DNA of 248,000 bases from Hyalangium minutum (lineage in GTDB: Bacteria > Myxococcota > Myxococcia > Myxococcales > Myxococcaceae): assembly GCF_000737315.1 (NCBI RefSeq), contig NZ_JMCB01000005.1:20001-268000 (forward strand), read 5' to 3'. The position numbers were made by a program, and so were the translations under genes. Below, in pieces: positions 229,595 through 239,507 of this stretch. The notes below the pieces were generated by a model. The model searched no databases and had not been told where the DNA came from. It saw nothing but the letters and a program-made list of their open reading frames with translations. Positions within the stretch are counted from its first letter, which is position 1. Each line of letters starts with the position of its first letter.

Positions 229595-230353
229595 TCAGCG
229601 CGGAGTGACGCGCCCGCCGATCTCCGGGAAGCGCTCGTAGGCCCTCTTCAGGGCGTCCAGGTGGGCGGAGGTGCCGAGTTCCAGCGGTGCCTCCGTGAGC
229701 TGGACCACCCACCCGCCCGACGCCGTGCGCCGCGCCCGAGAGAGCAATTCGGCGTCGCGCGAGGGGTCTGGGAATCCGATGGCGCGTGCGGCAGCGGCCG
229801 ACCAATAGTTCAGCCACCCGAGGTGAGCGGGAATCTCAGGCGAGCGCAGGTGCTCGAAGAGTTGCAGGGCGGGCAGCCCCCGGCGTGGGGACGGCGGCCC
229901 CTCTGGCGTGGGCGCTGTCTGATACGCGATGTCGAGCGCAGCGTCATCTGGCGTCGCGCGCCCCCACAGAGCGCACGCCCCCTCCGCCACGCCCTCCAGC
230001 AAAGCCGCCGCCGACGCGCTCACGCGCTCGTCCAGTGGCAGTTCCGCATACACTTCGAACAAGGGCTGACCGCCTGGGCTGAAAAGTCCATCTCTTCCCC
230101 TCCCGTTCACCGTCACGGGGTAGCTCTCGTCCCCGTTGCACAGGATGGGGAATTTCCCGCCCCGCGTCTTGTCTGCGAGCCACGCATCGCGTTGCGGCAA
230201 TGCGATGGGGCGCCCGCTGTCGGAGAGCCTCCACTCCAGACGCAAACCGGGGAGCGCCTTTTCCATCCCATGGACAATATCGAGCGTCCGACGGTCGTTG
230301 CCCACCAGCGCAGGCGCGAAGACCCTGACGATGAGGGTTCGATGCTGGGTCAT
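229595..230353 (-). CDS. DUF5953-like immunity protein
   Basis: PEIPAHLGWLNYWS; GWVVQLTEAPL. Confidence 0.75.
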   Translation of the reverse strand: MTQHRTLIVRVFAPALVGNDRRTLDIVHGMEKALPGLRLEWRLSDSGRPIALPQRDAWLADKTRGGKFPILCNGDESYPVTVNGRGRDGLFSPGGQPLFEVYAELPLDERVSASAAALLEGVAEGACALWGRATPDDAALDIAYQTAPTPEGPPSPRRGLPALQLFEHLRSPEIPAHLGWLNYWSAAAARAIGFPDPSRDAELLSRARRTASGGWVVQLTEAPLELGTSAHLDALKRAYERFPEIGGRVTPR

Positions 230354-230900
230354 CGTTGGCACCCCGTGACGACGATATGGAGGGTGTCATCCCGTTGCAG
230401 CAGCGCGTCTTTGTGCGCTTGGGTGCTCACCCCAATCATGTAGTCATATCCGCATGCCGCCGCAGCTCTTCGCTCCTCTACTATCTGCTCCATTTCCTTC
230501 TCAATCTCCTGCCTTCGAATGAAGGCAGGGTATGTGTCGAATTGATGGGTCTTGATCTCCCACAGCCTGCGCACGCCCACTTGCAGCGCATCGAAGCGCA
230601 CACCGCCCACGAGCACGTCCATTCCGGGATAACGGTTGGGCGGAAACGTGTCAGCGCATGCGTTATGCGGGACATCCCCTCCCGCGTGCGGCACTGGGAT
230701 GGGCGCGCACTCCGGGCGGCGCTCCAGCGTCACTGGGGCAGGCGGGGCCTTCTTGTTCTCTCTGGACCTCTTCGGTGTGGGGTTCGCCTCCGGTTCCTGC
230801 GAGGCCCGAGGAGCGTCTCCGGCCCAAAGGCCCGGCTCCCGAGTGGGCGGCAACACGCGCGTGTGCGGGCTTCGCGGCAGGGGCTCGGGGCGGACCTGCC
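230350..230900 (-). pseudogene. 5'-truncated DUF6310-like polymorphic toxin
   Basis: HNACAD, FDALQ, WEIKT, CGY motifs; no signal peptide or lipobox; begins at tonB stop. Confidence 0.6.
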
Positions 230901-230902
230901 CT

Positions 230903-231691
230903 TTAGTCCAGCAGGAAGGTGTAGGCGTACTTCATCTCGGTGGAGACGGCCTCGCCGCCCTTGATGGCGGGCTTGAAGCGGAAGCGCTTGATGGCGTCTC
231001 GCGCGGCCTCGTTCAGCCCGTAGCCCGGCCCGGAGATGATCTTGGCGGCCACCACCTTGCCCTCGGGATCAATGGTGATGGAGAGGGTAACGGTGCCCTC
231101 GATGCCGGCGCGCCGGGCCTCCTCCGGGTAGGGAATCTTCACCTCGGAGGCGACCTTGGGCTCGGAGTCCACCTGGTAGATGGGCGTGTACTTGGGCGCC
231201 GCGTACTCCTTCACCTCGCTGGGCGCCTTGGCGGTGCCGTCCACCTTGCCATAGGCGGTGTTGCCCACGGGCGCGGCGAAGCCTCCGGCGCTGGTGGTAG
231301 AGGACATGGAGATGCCGACCACGAGCGGCACCGGCTTGGTGGGCTGCGGGGGCGGATCATTTGGAGGAGGCGGGGCCTGCTCCGGCGGCGGCGGAGGCGG
231401 CTTCTCGGCCACGGCCACCTTCACAGGGGGCGGCTTGGGCGGAGGCTTGGCCTTGGGTGGCTCGGGAGGCTTGGGCTCCTCCTTGGGCGGAGGAGGCGGC
231501 GGTGGGGGCTTCTGCACCTCCACCATGACGAGTTCCACGGGCTTCTGGACCACGGCAGCCGGGCGCTCCTTCATGCGGCTGAGCGCGAACAGGCCCACGC
231601 CGTGCGCCGTCAGCGAGACGATCACGAACACCAGCGTCGCCACGGAGGAGCGTCGAGGAGGGAGAGGGCTGTCGAGTGCCGCCTGGCTCAT
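230903..231691 (-). CDS. tonB: TonB protein
   Basis: TM + Pro-rich + YPEEARRAGIEG. Confidence 0.88.
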   Translation of the reverse strand: MSQAALDSPLPPRRSSVATLVFVIVSLTAHGVGLFALSRMKERPAAVVQKPVELVMVEVQKPPPPPPPPKEEPKPPEPPKAKPPPKPPPVKVAVAEKPPPPPPEQAPPPPNDPPPQPTKPVPLVVGISMSSTTSAGGFAAPVGNTAYGKVDGTAKAPSEVKEYAAPKYTPIYQVDSEPKVASEVKIPYPEEARRAGIEGTVTLSITIDPEGKVVAAKIISGPGYGLNEAARDAIKRFRFKPAIKGGEAVSTEMKYAYTFLLD

Positions 231692-231703
231692 CGGCGCCGG
231701 TCC

Positions 231704-232147
231704 TCAGGGAGCTGCGGGGACGGCGGCCGGAACGGGCGCGGCGTCCTTCTGGATGTTGAGGGCGAACTTCGCGATGCCCTGGCCCTTCACCACGTCGATG
231801 AGCCGCATCACCCGGCCATAGGGCAGGGCCTGATCCGCGCTGATGATGGCGCGGGTGTCCTTGTCCTTGGCCACGGCCTCGGTGACTTTGCGGGACAGCT
231901 CGTCCTCGGCGACCTCGGTGCCGTCGAAGTAGAGCTTGCCGTCCTTGTCGATGACGACGTTGACGAGCCCCTGCACCGTCTCACCGCCATTGGCGGCGCG
232001 GGGCAGGTCCACCTCGACCGTCTCGCGGACGATGAAGTTGGCCGTCACCATGAAGATGATGAGGAGCACCAGCACGATGTCCACCAACGGGGTGACGTTG
232101 ATGCCGGTGATCTCTTCGTCGTTGTCCTGCTGAGCGCCGCCGGCCAT
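231704..232147 (-). CDS. exbD: ExbD/TolR
   Basis: INVTPLVDIVLVLLIIFMV. Confidence 0.92.
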   Translation of the reverse strand: MAGGAQQDNDEEITGINVTPLVDIVLVLLIIFMVTANFIVRETVEVDLPRAANGGETVQGLVNVVIDKDGKLYFDGTEVAEDELSRKVTEAVAKDKDTRAIISADQALPYGRVMRLIDVVKGQGIAKFALNIQKDAAPVPAAVPAAP

Positions 232148-232150
232148 GAC

Positions 232151-232855
232151 TCAACGGCCCTCGCTGGGAGAGGAGTCCTTGCGGCCCTCGGCGCGCAGGC
232201 TGCCCACCAGGGCGAAGCCCAGGGCGTTGGTGCGGCTGGTGAGCGTCTTGAGCTGGCGGCTGAAGGCGTTGAAGGCGACCACGGCGGGGATGGCGACGGC
232301 CAGGCCCACGGCGGTGGCGACGAGCGCCTCGGAGATGCCGGCCATGACGGTCTGCTGGATGGCGGCGCCCTTCACGCTGGCGGAGCCCAAGTCATGGAAG
232401 GCCTTGATGATGCCGAGCACCGTGCCGAACAAGCCGATGAAGGGGGCGTTGTTGCCCAGGGTGCCGAGGAAGGAGAGGTAGCGCTCGTACTGGGGGCGCT
232501 CGCGGGAGATGGTGGAGGCGATGACTTGCTCGACGGTGTCGGCGCCCTGAGCGGTGGAGGCGAGGCCCTCGCGGATGACGGCGGCCTCCATGCCCTTCTT
232601 GCCCTGGATGGCGGTGCGAACGGCGTCGAACTCGCCGCGGGCCAGCTTGAGGGCGAGGGCCTCGGAGTCGGGCAGCCGGTGGGTGGCGAAGTAGACGGCG
232701 CGCTCCAGCATGAGGGCGATGGAGAGCACGGAGAGGACGACGAGGAGCCAGAGCACCCACTCGGCGCTGGTGAGGGTGACGCCGAGCAGCTTGCGGCTCA
232801 GCCAGCCGACCTCGGGAGTGGTGGCGGCCTGGGCGAGAAGGAGGAGGGACGTCAT
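232151..232855 (-). CDS. exbB: ExbB/TolQ
   Basis: PFIGLFGTVLGI; EALVATA. Confidence 0.92.
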   Translation of the reverse strand: MTSLLLLAQAATTPEVGWLSRKLLGVTLTSAEWVLWLLVVLSVLSIALMLERAVYFATHRLPDSEALALKLARGEFDAVRTAIQGKKGMEAAVIREGLASTAQGADTVEQVIASTISRERPQYERYLSFLGTLGNNAPFIGLFGTVLGIIKAFHDLGSASVKGAAIQQTVMAGISEALVATAVGLAVAIPAVVAFNAFSRQLKTLTSRTNALGFALVGSLRAEGRKDSSPSEGR

Positions 232856-233124
232856 GGAAGCCTGGAAGAGAGAGGGCACCGGCAGAACACCGGCCTTGCG
232901 TGAAAATTCACCTGCCGGGTGGGACGAAGCGCCGCATCCATTCTTCTCCGGGGCCGAAAAGTCAAATGATTCGGCAGGTTGGCACGTGTTTCCCCAGGCG
233001 AGGAACCGGCCTCTGTCTTGGAGCGTGAGAATCAGCAGGCCTATGGCTCGGAGTGAAGGCTGAGGAGGAAGTAGGCGAACGTGCGCCTGCCGACGCGCCG
233101 TGAAACGAACCTGTGACGGGCGGA

Positions 233125-233901
233125 TCAGCTCACGCGCCGAGCGGTGACGAGGGGTTGGTAGAAGCCGCTCTCCTGCGGCATGTGCCAGCGCACCTCGCGG
233201 AACCCGGCGGCCGTGAGTGCGCGGCTCAGTTCCTCGCGTTTGAGTGCGCGGTAGCGGGTGCGAACGCTCGTGGTGCTCCAGCCTTCGCCTTGGGGTTGGA
233301 GGATGAACAGCTCCACTTCGTAGCTGCGGCCATCGGCGGCCCAGGTCCACACCTGGAACGTGATGCGCCGAGACTCGCCTTCTCCGAGGACTCGCATCTC
233401 CGTAGGTACCGACGCGCCGGGCTTGGACTCCACCGCGTCGTAGTCGCGGATGGTGGCGATGAGCAGGCCTCCCGGATTCAGCACGGTGTGAAGGTGGTGA
233501 GCTGCGGCGGCAAGCTCCGTGTCCTCGAGCAAATGGGGCAGGGCGTTGTCACAGCTCAGCACCACGTCGAAGCGCTGGTGGATCTGCTCGCTCAGCGTGC
233601 GCATGTCCGCCACGGCGAACCCCGTCAGCTTCAGGCCTGCGGCAGTGGCTTCTTGCTCGGCGCGTGCAATGGACACGGGGCTGATGTCCGAGGCGAAGAC
233701 ACGATGCCCCCGTGCCGCGAGCCCCAGTGCCTGAGTGCCGATCCCGCAGCTCGCGTCCATTACTTCCTTCTGGCCATCTCCGAGCGCCGCCCGAATCAGG
233801 CCGTCCAGGATCGCTCCCTGGCGCTCGCGCGAGGCGGCCCAGTCCATGAAGATGAGGTGGTATCGCTCGGCGAGCCCATCATAGAAGCCGGTCGGATCCA
233901 T
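233125..233901 (-). CDS. class I SAM methyltransferase
   Basis: DASCGIG; DNALPHL. Confidence 0.82.
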   Translation of the reverse strand: MDPTGFYDGLAERYHLIFMDWAASRERQGAILDGLIRAALGDGQKEVMDASCGIGTQALGLAARGHRVFASDISPVSIARAEQEATAAGLKLTGFAVADMRTLSEQIHQRFDVVLSCDNALPHLLEDTELAAAAHHLHTVLNPGGLLIATIRDYDAVESKPGASVPTEMRVLGEGESRRITFQVWTWAADGRSYEVELFILQPQGEGWSTTSVRTRYRALKREELSRALTAAGFREVRWHMPQESGFYQPLVTARRVS

Positions 233902-233997
233902 CCCGGGAGTATGGACAATGTAGGGGGCCGGGTGGGAGAGGGTGCTCCAGATGGCTTGTGGAAGCCCCTCCGGGTGACCGACACTCTGGTCCCAGCC

Positions 233998-235554
233998 ATG
234001 GCCGTCAGTGAAGAACGCCGTTTCGAGGCTCTCGTGCTCGCGCCCGTCCGGCGCGTGCAGCGGCGCCTCAATGCGGTGGCCTGGGCTGAGGCGGGCATCA
234101 TCCCCATGTGGGCCGCCGTCACGGTCTGTGTCGTCGCCCGCCTGCTGCTGCGCGACTCCGCCCTATGGACCGCCCCCGCGTTTCTCCTGGCCGGTGGCGC
234201 GTGGTGGGGCTACCGGGCTCGGCACCGGGGCATCTCGCTGGAGCACGCAGCCGTGCTCGCGGATCGCTCAGCCAATGCCGGCGGCCTGTTGCTGACCCGC
234301 CTGGAGCGCCCCGTCGGAGATTGGGAGCTCTCCGTCAACCAGCTCGCCCGCGCCGTGAAGCCCCCCGAAGTCCAGTGGCGGCGCCCCGTGGGAGCCCTGG
234401 CCGGTGCGCTCCTGTTCCTCGTCGTGGGCTTCCTGCTCCCGCTGCCTCCGCCTTCCTTGCGCCCCATCAATGCAGCCGCAGCGGCCAAGGTCGCCGCCGT
234501 CCAGGCCAAGGCCGAGACGCTCGCCAAGGAGGAGCCTCTGGGCGCTCCAATGGAGGAGGAACTGCGCCGGCTGGCCGAAGAGGTCGCCGAGGGCCGCTTC
234601 GACGCGGGCGACTGGGAAGCTGCTGACGGTCTGGAGAAGCGCCTCGCCGAGCGCGCTGCCGAGGCCGCCGCAGAACTGGCGGGAGCCTCCGAGGCCGCTC
234701 GCGAATTGGAGGAGGCGCTGGGAGCCTCGGGGGATGCGGAGCGCGCGGCCCGCGAGCGCGAGGAACTGGAGCGAGCGCTCATGGCGCTCAATGGGAACGC
234801 GACCGAGGGAGAGAACGGGCAGGGCGGGCAGGACGGCAAGGAACAGCAGGGCCAGCAGGGCGAGCAGAATGGCCAGGGTGAACAGAATGGCCAGAGTGGG
234901 CAGGAAGGGCAGGAAGGGCAGAGCGGCTCCGTGAAGGACGGCAACACGGGGCAGGACGGTCAGCAGGGTTCGCAGGGCTCGCGCCGTACCGCGTCCGCGC
235001 AGGCCGGTGGCAACCTCGATCAGATCTCCAATCTCCGGCGGACGTTGGAGCGGCGGCAGCAGCAGCTCGAAGAGCGCTTCGGCCAGGGCAACTCGGCGCA
235101 GGCGAACAACCGCCGCCAGTCCGGAACCGGGCGCCGAGGCTCCCGGCAGATGCAGGGCCAGGGGCAGGGCGAGGGGGAAAACGGCGAAGGCGAGGGTGAG
235201 GGCGAGGGTGAGGGCGAGGGCGAGGGCAGCAGCGATCACGTCAGCCGCCAGGTCCGGCAGGGCGAGGGCTCGGGCGCCTCGCGTGGCGGAGGGAGCAACC
235301 CGCTCGTCTTCGGAGGCGAGGCGGAGATGGACCCCAACCGCCTCGAGTTCCAGCCGCTGCCCGAGGGCCAGGGCGGAGAGGCGAACGAGCTGTGGGGCCT
235401 GAAGGCCGCCGATCCGCAACGGGAAGGCGTCACGGTGACGCCGTCGGCGGCGAAGGGGCAGGGCGTGCAGGGGGACGCGACGCCGGGGTACTCCTCGGGG
235501 CCGCTGTTGCCGCGCAACCGGGACCTCGTGAAGCGATATTTTGGTGATCAGTGA
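233998..235554 (+). CDS. membrane-anchored coiled-coil protein (MoxR system)
   Basis: TM pairs, Gln/Gly/Glu low complexity, KRYF end. Confidence 0.7.
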   Translation: MAVSEERRFEALVLAPVRRVQRRLNAVAWAEAGIIPMWAAVTVCVVARLLLRDSALWTAPAFLLAGGAWWGYRARHRGISLEHAAVLADRSANAGGLLLTRLERPVGDWELSVNQLARAVKPPEVQWRRPVGALAGALLFLVVGFLLPLPPPSLRPINAAAAAKVAAVQAKAETLAKEEPLGAPMEEELRRLAEEVAEGRFDAGDWEAADGLEKRLAERAAEAAAELAGASEAARELEEALGASGDAERAAREREELERALMALNGNATEGENGQGGQDGKEQQGQQGEQNGQGEQNGQSGQEGQEGQSGSVKDGNTGQDGQQGSQGSRRTASAQAGGNLDQISNLRRTLERRQQQLEERFGQGNSAQANNRRQSGTGRRGSRQMQGQGQGEGENGEGEGEGEGEGEGEGSSDHVSRQVRQGEGSGASRGGGSNPLVFGGEAEMDPNRLEFQPLPEGQGGEANELWGLKAADPQREGVTVTPSAAKGQGVQGDATPGYSSGPLLPRNRDLVKRYFGDQ

Positions 235555-235569
235555 CAGAGAGGAGCCGAC

Positions 235570-236565
235570 GTGTCTGAGCTTCTGAGCCCCGCCGAAGTCC
235601 AGGGGGCGGCGGAGGTTGCGGCCCAGCTGAAGAAGGGCCTCAACCAGGTGCTGCTCGATCAAGAGTCCGTGGTCGAGCAGGTCGTGGTCGCGGTGCTCGC
235701 GCGAGGCCACGTGCTGCTCGAGGGCCTGCCGGGTCTCGGCAAGACAGAGCTGTGCAAGGCGATGGCGCGGCTGCTGGCGCTGCCCTTCCGCCGCATCCAG
235801 TTCACCCCGGACCTGCTGCCCGGCGACATCACCGGCACCTACGTGCTGGAGGGAGAGGGCCGCCGCGAGTTCACCTTCCGCGAGGGCCCCCTGTTCGCCA
235901 GCGTTGTCCTCGCGGACGAGATCAACCGCTCCAGCCCCAAGACGCAGTCCGCGCTGCTGGAGGCGATGCAGGAGCGGAGCGTGACGGTGCTCGGGCAGAC
236001 GCGCGCGCTGCCGGATCCGTTCTTCGTGCTGGCCACGCAGAACCCCATCGAGCTGGAGGGCACCTACCCGCTGCCCGAGGCGCAGCTCGATCGCTTCCTC
236101 TTCCGCGTCCAGGTGCCGCCCGTAGGGGCCAAGACGCTGAGCACCCTGCTCACCACCCGCGTGCGCGGCGCGCCTCCCGCGCTCCCGTCCGTGCTCGACG
236201 GCGAGAGCCTGGGGCGCCTCTTCGCCGCGACGGACCGGGTGCACCTGCCCGGGCCCGTGGCCGACTTCATCGGCCGCCTGGTGGAGGCCAGCGACCCGCG
236301 TCAGGCCCACGCTCCGGACTCGGTGCGCCGGTTCGTTCGCTATGGGGCCTCGCCTCGTGCCGCGCTGGGACTCGCCGCTGCTGGCCGGGCGCTGGCGCTG
236401 CTCCGGGGCAAGCCCAACGTGGGCTTCGACGAGGTGACGACTGTGGCGCCCGCCATCCTCAACCACCGGCTCGTGCTCGCCTACGAGGCCTCGCTGGAGA
236501 AGGTGTCCTCCACCGAGGTCATCCGCGCGCTGCTCCAGGCTGTGCCCGAGGTGCCACGTGCGTAG
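235570..236565 (+). CDS. MoxR AAA+ ATPase
   Basis: GLPGLGKT; QFTPDLLP; DEINR. Confidence 0.92.
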   Translation: MSELLSPAEVQGAAEVAAQLKKGLNQVLLDQESVVEQVVVAVLARGHVLLEGLPGLGKTELCKAMARLLALPFRRIQFTPDLLPGDITGTYVLEGEGRREFTFREGPLFASVVLADEINRSSPKTQSALLEAMQERSVTVLGQTRALPDPFFVLATQNPIELEGTYPLPEAQLDRFLFRVQVPPVGAKTLSTLLTTRVRGAPPALPSVLDGESLGRLFAATDRVHLPGPVADFIGRLVEASDPRQAHAPDSVRRFVRYGASPRAALGLAAAGRALALLRGKPNVGFDEVTTVAPAILNHRLVLAYEASLEKVSSTEVIRALLQAVPEVPRA

Positions 236566-238498
236566 CTCCGTGCAGGCCTGGCTTCTATGCGCCACGCTGC
236601 TGGCTGGGAGCGCCGGATTCGCGCAGCCCCTGGCCGCGAGTGTGTCTGGGCCTGTGGAACTCGTGCTGAGGACCTCGCCGCCGCCACCACCACCGCCGGT
236701 GGTTCCCGCTCCGGCGGAGGAAACAGACGCGGCACCCGAGGAGGCGGCTCCCGCGGATGACTCGGAGGCCACGGAGGACGCCACCGCCAAGGAGGCCGCT
236801 GTCGCCGAGGACGTCGAGCATGAAGTGGTGCGCTCCGGCTACGCGGACACAACGGGCAACCTGCAGAACCTGGAGGACATGGACGGGCTGCGCGTCTCGG
236901 TTCGCTCGGGCGCGCTGCGCGCGAAGCGCGGGTACACGCCCGTGGAGGTGACGCTGTACAACACTGAGAACGTGCCCAGGCCGGTGCGCCTCCGCTTCCA
237001 GGGGTACAGCTCGGGCTCCTCCACCACGGAGCGTGTGGTGGAGCTGGGCGCGCGACAGCGGCTCACCACGCACCTGCTCGTTCCCGCGCCCGTCGCGTCC
237101 GGCATGTTCACCGTGGATGGGCCTGGCATCCGTTCCCGCAACACGGGCGTGTACCTGGATGAGGGCAACACGCCCACGGCCCTGGTGCTCGGCTCCTCCA
237201 AGGCCTTCGAGGCGGTGACCGGGATTCACCGCGTTGAGGACCCCAAGCCCGCCGAGGTGGATGTCCGCTTCGTGCCCGTGCAGGACGCGCCCCGGGAGCT
237301 GGCCGCCTACGTGGGCTTCCCCGTGGTGCTGGTGACCGAGGAAGTGGCCTCGGTGCCCTCGGATGTGTGGGCGGCGCTGGAGAGCTACGCCGCGGCGGGG
237401 GGCTCTCTGCTGATAGCCCTGCCTCCGCGCGACCTGCCGCAGCGCCTGCCGCTGCTCAACCTGGAACCCCAGCGCGACACGTGGAACGACTACGGCTTCG
237501 GCCAGGTGTACCTGTGCCAGTCCGGAGCGAGGGACTGCGGCAACGCGGCGCTATTGGTGGATCAGGACAGCAAGCCTCCGGTGGACCCGATAGGGCCGCC
237601 GCCGCGCTGGGAGAACAACCGCTTCGCGCTGAACGGCGGTGAGACGCCGCTGCTGCCCAATGCCCTGGTGCCGCTGGGCCGCTTCCTCTTCTTCATCTTC
237701 CTGTTCTCACTGGCGGTGGGGCCGGGCGGGCTCATCCTTGCGCGACGCAAGGGCCCCGTGGCGCTGCTGATCGGCGTGCCCGCCGTGTCGCTGGTCACCT
237801 GCCTGGTCATCGTCGGCAACTCGTTGCTGGTGGACGGCTTCGTCACCCACGCCTCGCGCTACAGCTACACCTGGCTGGACCGGCCGAGAGACCGGGCCGT
237901 GACGGCGGTGGTGGGGGGCTACTACGCCAACCTCGCGGCCAGAACGGTGCGGCTCCCGTCCCACAGCGTGTTGATGGCGCCCGCGGAGATGGACGACTGG
238001 CTCGTCGACGTGAACTGGACGGGCGGAGGCATGGAGGCGGAGGGCTTCCTCCCGGCGCGCACCTATGTGGAGTGGGGCGAGGTGGCGGTGGCTCCTTCGC
238101 GGGCTCGGCTCGCGGTGCGCCGCGAGGGGAACACCGTGAAGGTGCAGAACGCGCTGGGGGCTCCCATCCAGCGGGGCTACCTCCGGTACGGGCAGCAGAG
238201 CTACTGGGTGCCCGAGCTCGCCGATGGCGCCGAGGCCGTGGCCATCGAGGTCACCTCGGAGAGCGGGAGCGAGAAGGAACGGCGCGAGGCGCAGGAGCGA
238301 AACATCCTGGAGATCGTGGACGCACCCACCCCGGTGAAGCGCCGGGTGACGAAGGTCGGCGTGGAGTTCTACGCGCCGCTCGGGGAGAGGGGCTTCGTGG
238401 TGCGGCTCAAGGGCATGGGCTACGGGCCGCTGGCGGGCATGAAGGTGGAGCTGCACGAAGGGCTCCACTACGTGCGCGGGCAGGTGGATGCGCCATGA
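236558..238498 (+). CDS. hypothetical secreted/membrane protein
   Basis: Signal peptide; internal TM pair. Confidence 0.7.
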   Translation: MRSSVQAWLLCATLLAGSAGFAQPLAASVSGPVELVLRTSPPPPPPPVVPAPAEETDAAPEEAAPADDSEATEDATAKEAAVAEDVEHEVVRSGYADTTGNLQNLEDMDGLRVSVRSGALRAKRGYTPVEVTLYNTENVPRPVRLRFQGYSSGSSTTERVVELGARQRLTTHLLVPAPVASGMFTVDGPGIRSRNTGVYLDEGNTPTALVLGSSKAFEAVTGIHRVEDPKPAEVDVRFVPVQDAPRELAAYVGFPVVLVTEEVASVPSDVWAALESYAAAGGSLLIALPPRDLPQRLPLLNLEPQRDTWNDYGFGQVYLCQSGARDCGNAALLVDQDSKPPVDPIGPPPRWENNRFALNGGETPLLPNALVPLGRFLFFIFLFSLAVGPGGLILARRKGPVALLIGVPAVSLVTCLVIVGNSLLVDGFVTHASRYSYTWLDRPRDRAVTAVVGGYYANLAARTVRLPSHSVLMAPAEMDDWLVDVNWTGGGMEAEGFLPARTYVEWGEVAVAPSRARLAVRREGNTVKVQNALGAPIQRGYLRYGQQSYWVPELADGAEAVAIEVTSESGSEKERREAQERNILEIVDAPTPVKRRVTKVGVEFYAPLGERGFVVRLKGMGYGPLAGMKVELHEGLHYVRGQVDAP

Positions 238499-238527
238499 GG
238501 AGCGCGAGACAGCAGGAGGTGCGGCGA

Positions 238528-239507
238528 TGAGCCTGTTGCAGGTGAAGGGGCTGCGGCGCGACTTTGGCTCGCTGCGCGCGGTAGATGACGTGACGTTCGA
238601 GCTGGCGGCGGGCACCATCCTGGGCTTCATCGGGCCCAACGGCGCGGGCAAGAGCACCACCATGCGCATCATCGCCACGCTGGACACGCCCAGTGCGGGC
238701 GAGGTGCTGCTGGATGGGCAGTCCGTGGTGGACACGCCGGACAAGGCCCGGCCGCTGATCGGCTACATGCCGGACCGCTACGGCACTTATGACGACGTCA
238801 CCGTGTGGGAGTTCCTCGACTTCTTCGCCCGGGCATACGGCCTGAAGGGTGCGGCGCGGAAGAAGCGGGTGGATTCGGTGATGGAGTTCACGGGGCTGGT
238901 TCCACTGAAGGACAAGCTCACCAGCGCGCTGTCCAAGGGCATGCGGCAGCGCGTGGCGCTCGGGCGGACGCTGCTGCATGACCCCAAGCTGCTCATCCTG
239001 GACGAGCCGGCGGACGGCCTGGATCCGCGCGCCCGCATCGAGCTGCGCGAGCTGCTGCGGGCCCTGGCGGATCAGGGCAAGGCGGTCCTCATCTCCAGCC
239101 ACATCCTCACGGAGCTGGCGGAGATCTGCGATACGTGCGCCATCATCGAGCAGGGCAAGCTGCTGGCCACGGGCAAGGTGGCGGACCTGCTGGCGCAGAG
239201 CCAGACGGGGGCCGGCACGGAGCTGACGATCCGGCTGGCGGTGGGCGCGGAGGGCGAGGCGGCCTACGAGCGCGCCGAGCGGGTGGTGCTGGAGCAGCCT
239301 CGGGTGGGGCAGGTGTCGCGAGAGCCTGGGCAGCTGCGCGTGCGGCTGGAACTGGAGGCGGGCGCGACGCGGACCCAAATGGATGAGGCGGCTGCGCGGC
239401 TGCTGGCGGCGCTGGTGACGGCGGGGGTGCCGGTCTGCGCCTTCAGCCACCGGGAGCTGAACCTCGAGGATGCCTTCATGACGGTGACGAAGGGGAGGGT
239501 CGCGTGA
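238528..239507 (+). CDS. ABC-2 ATPase
   Basis: GPNGAGKS; LSKGM; LDEP. Confidence 0.9.
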
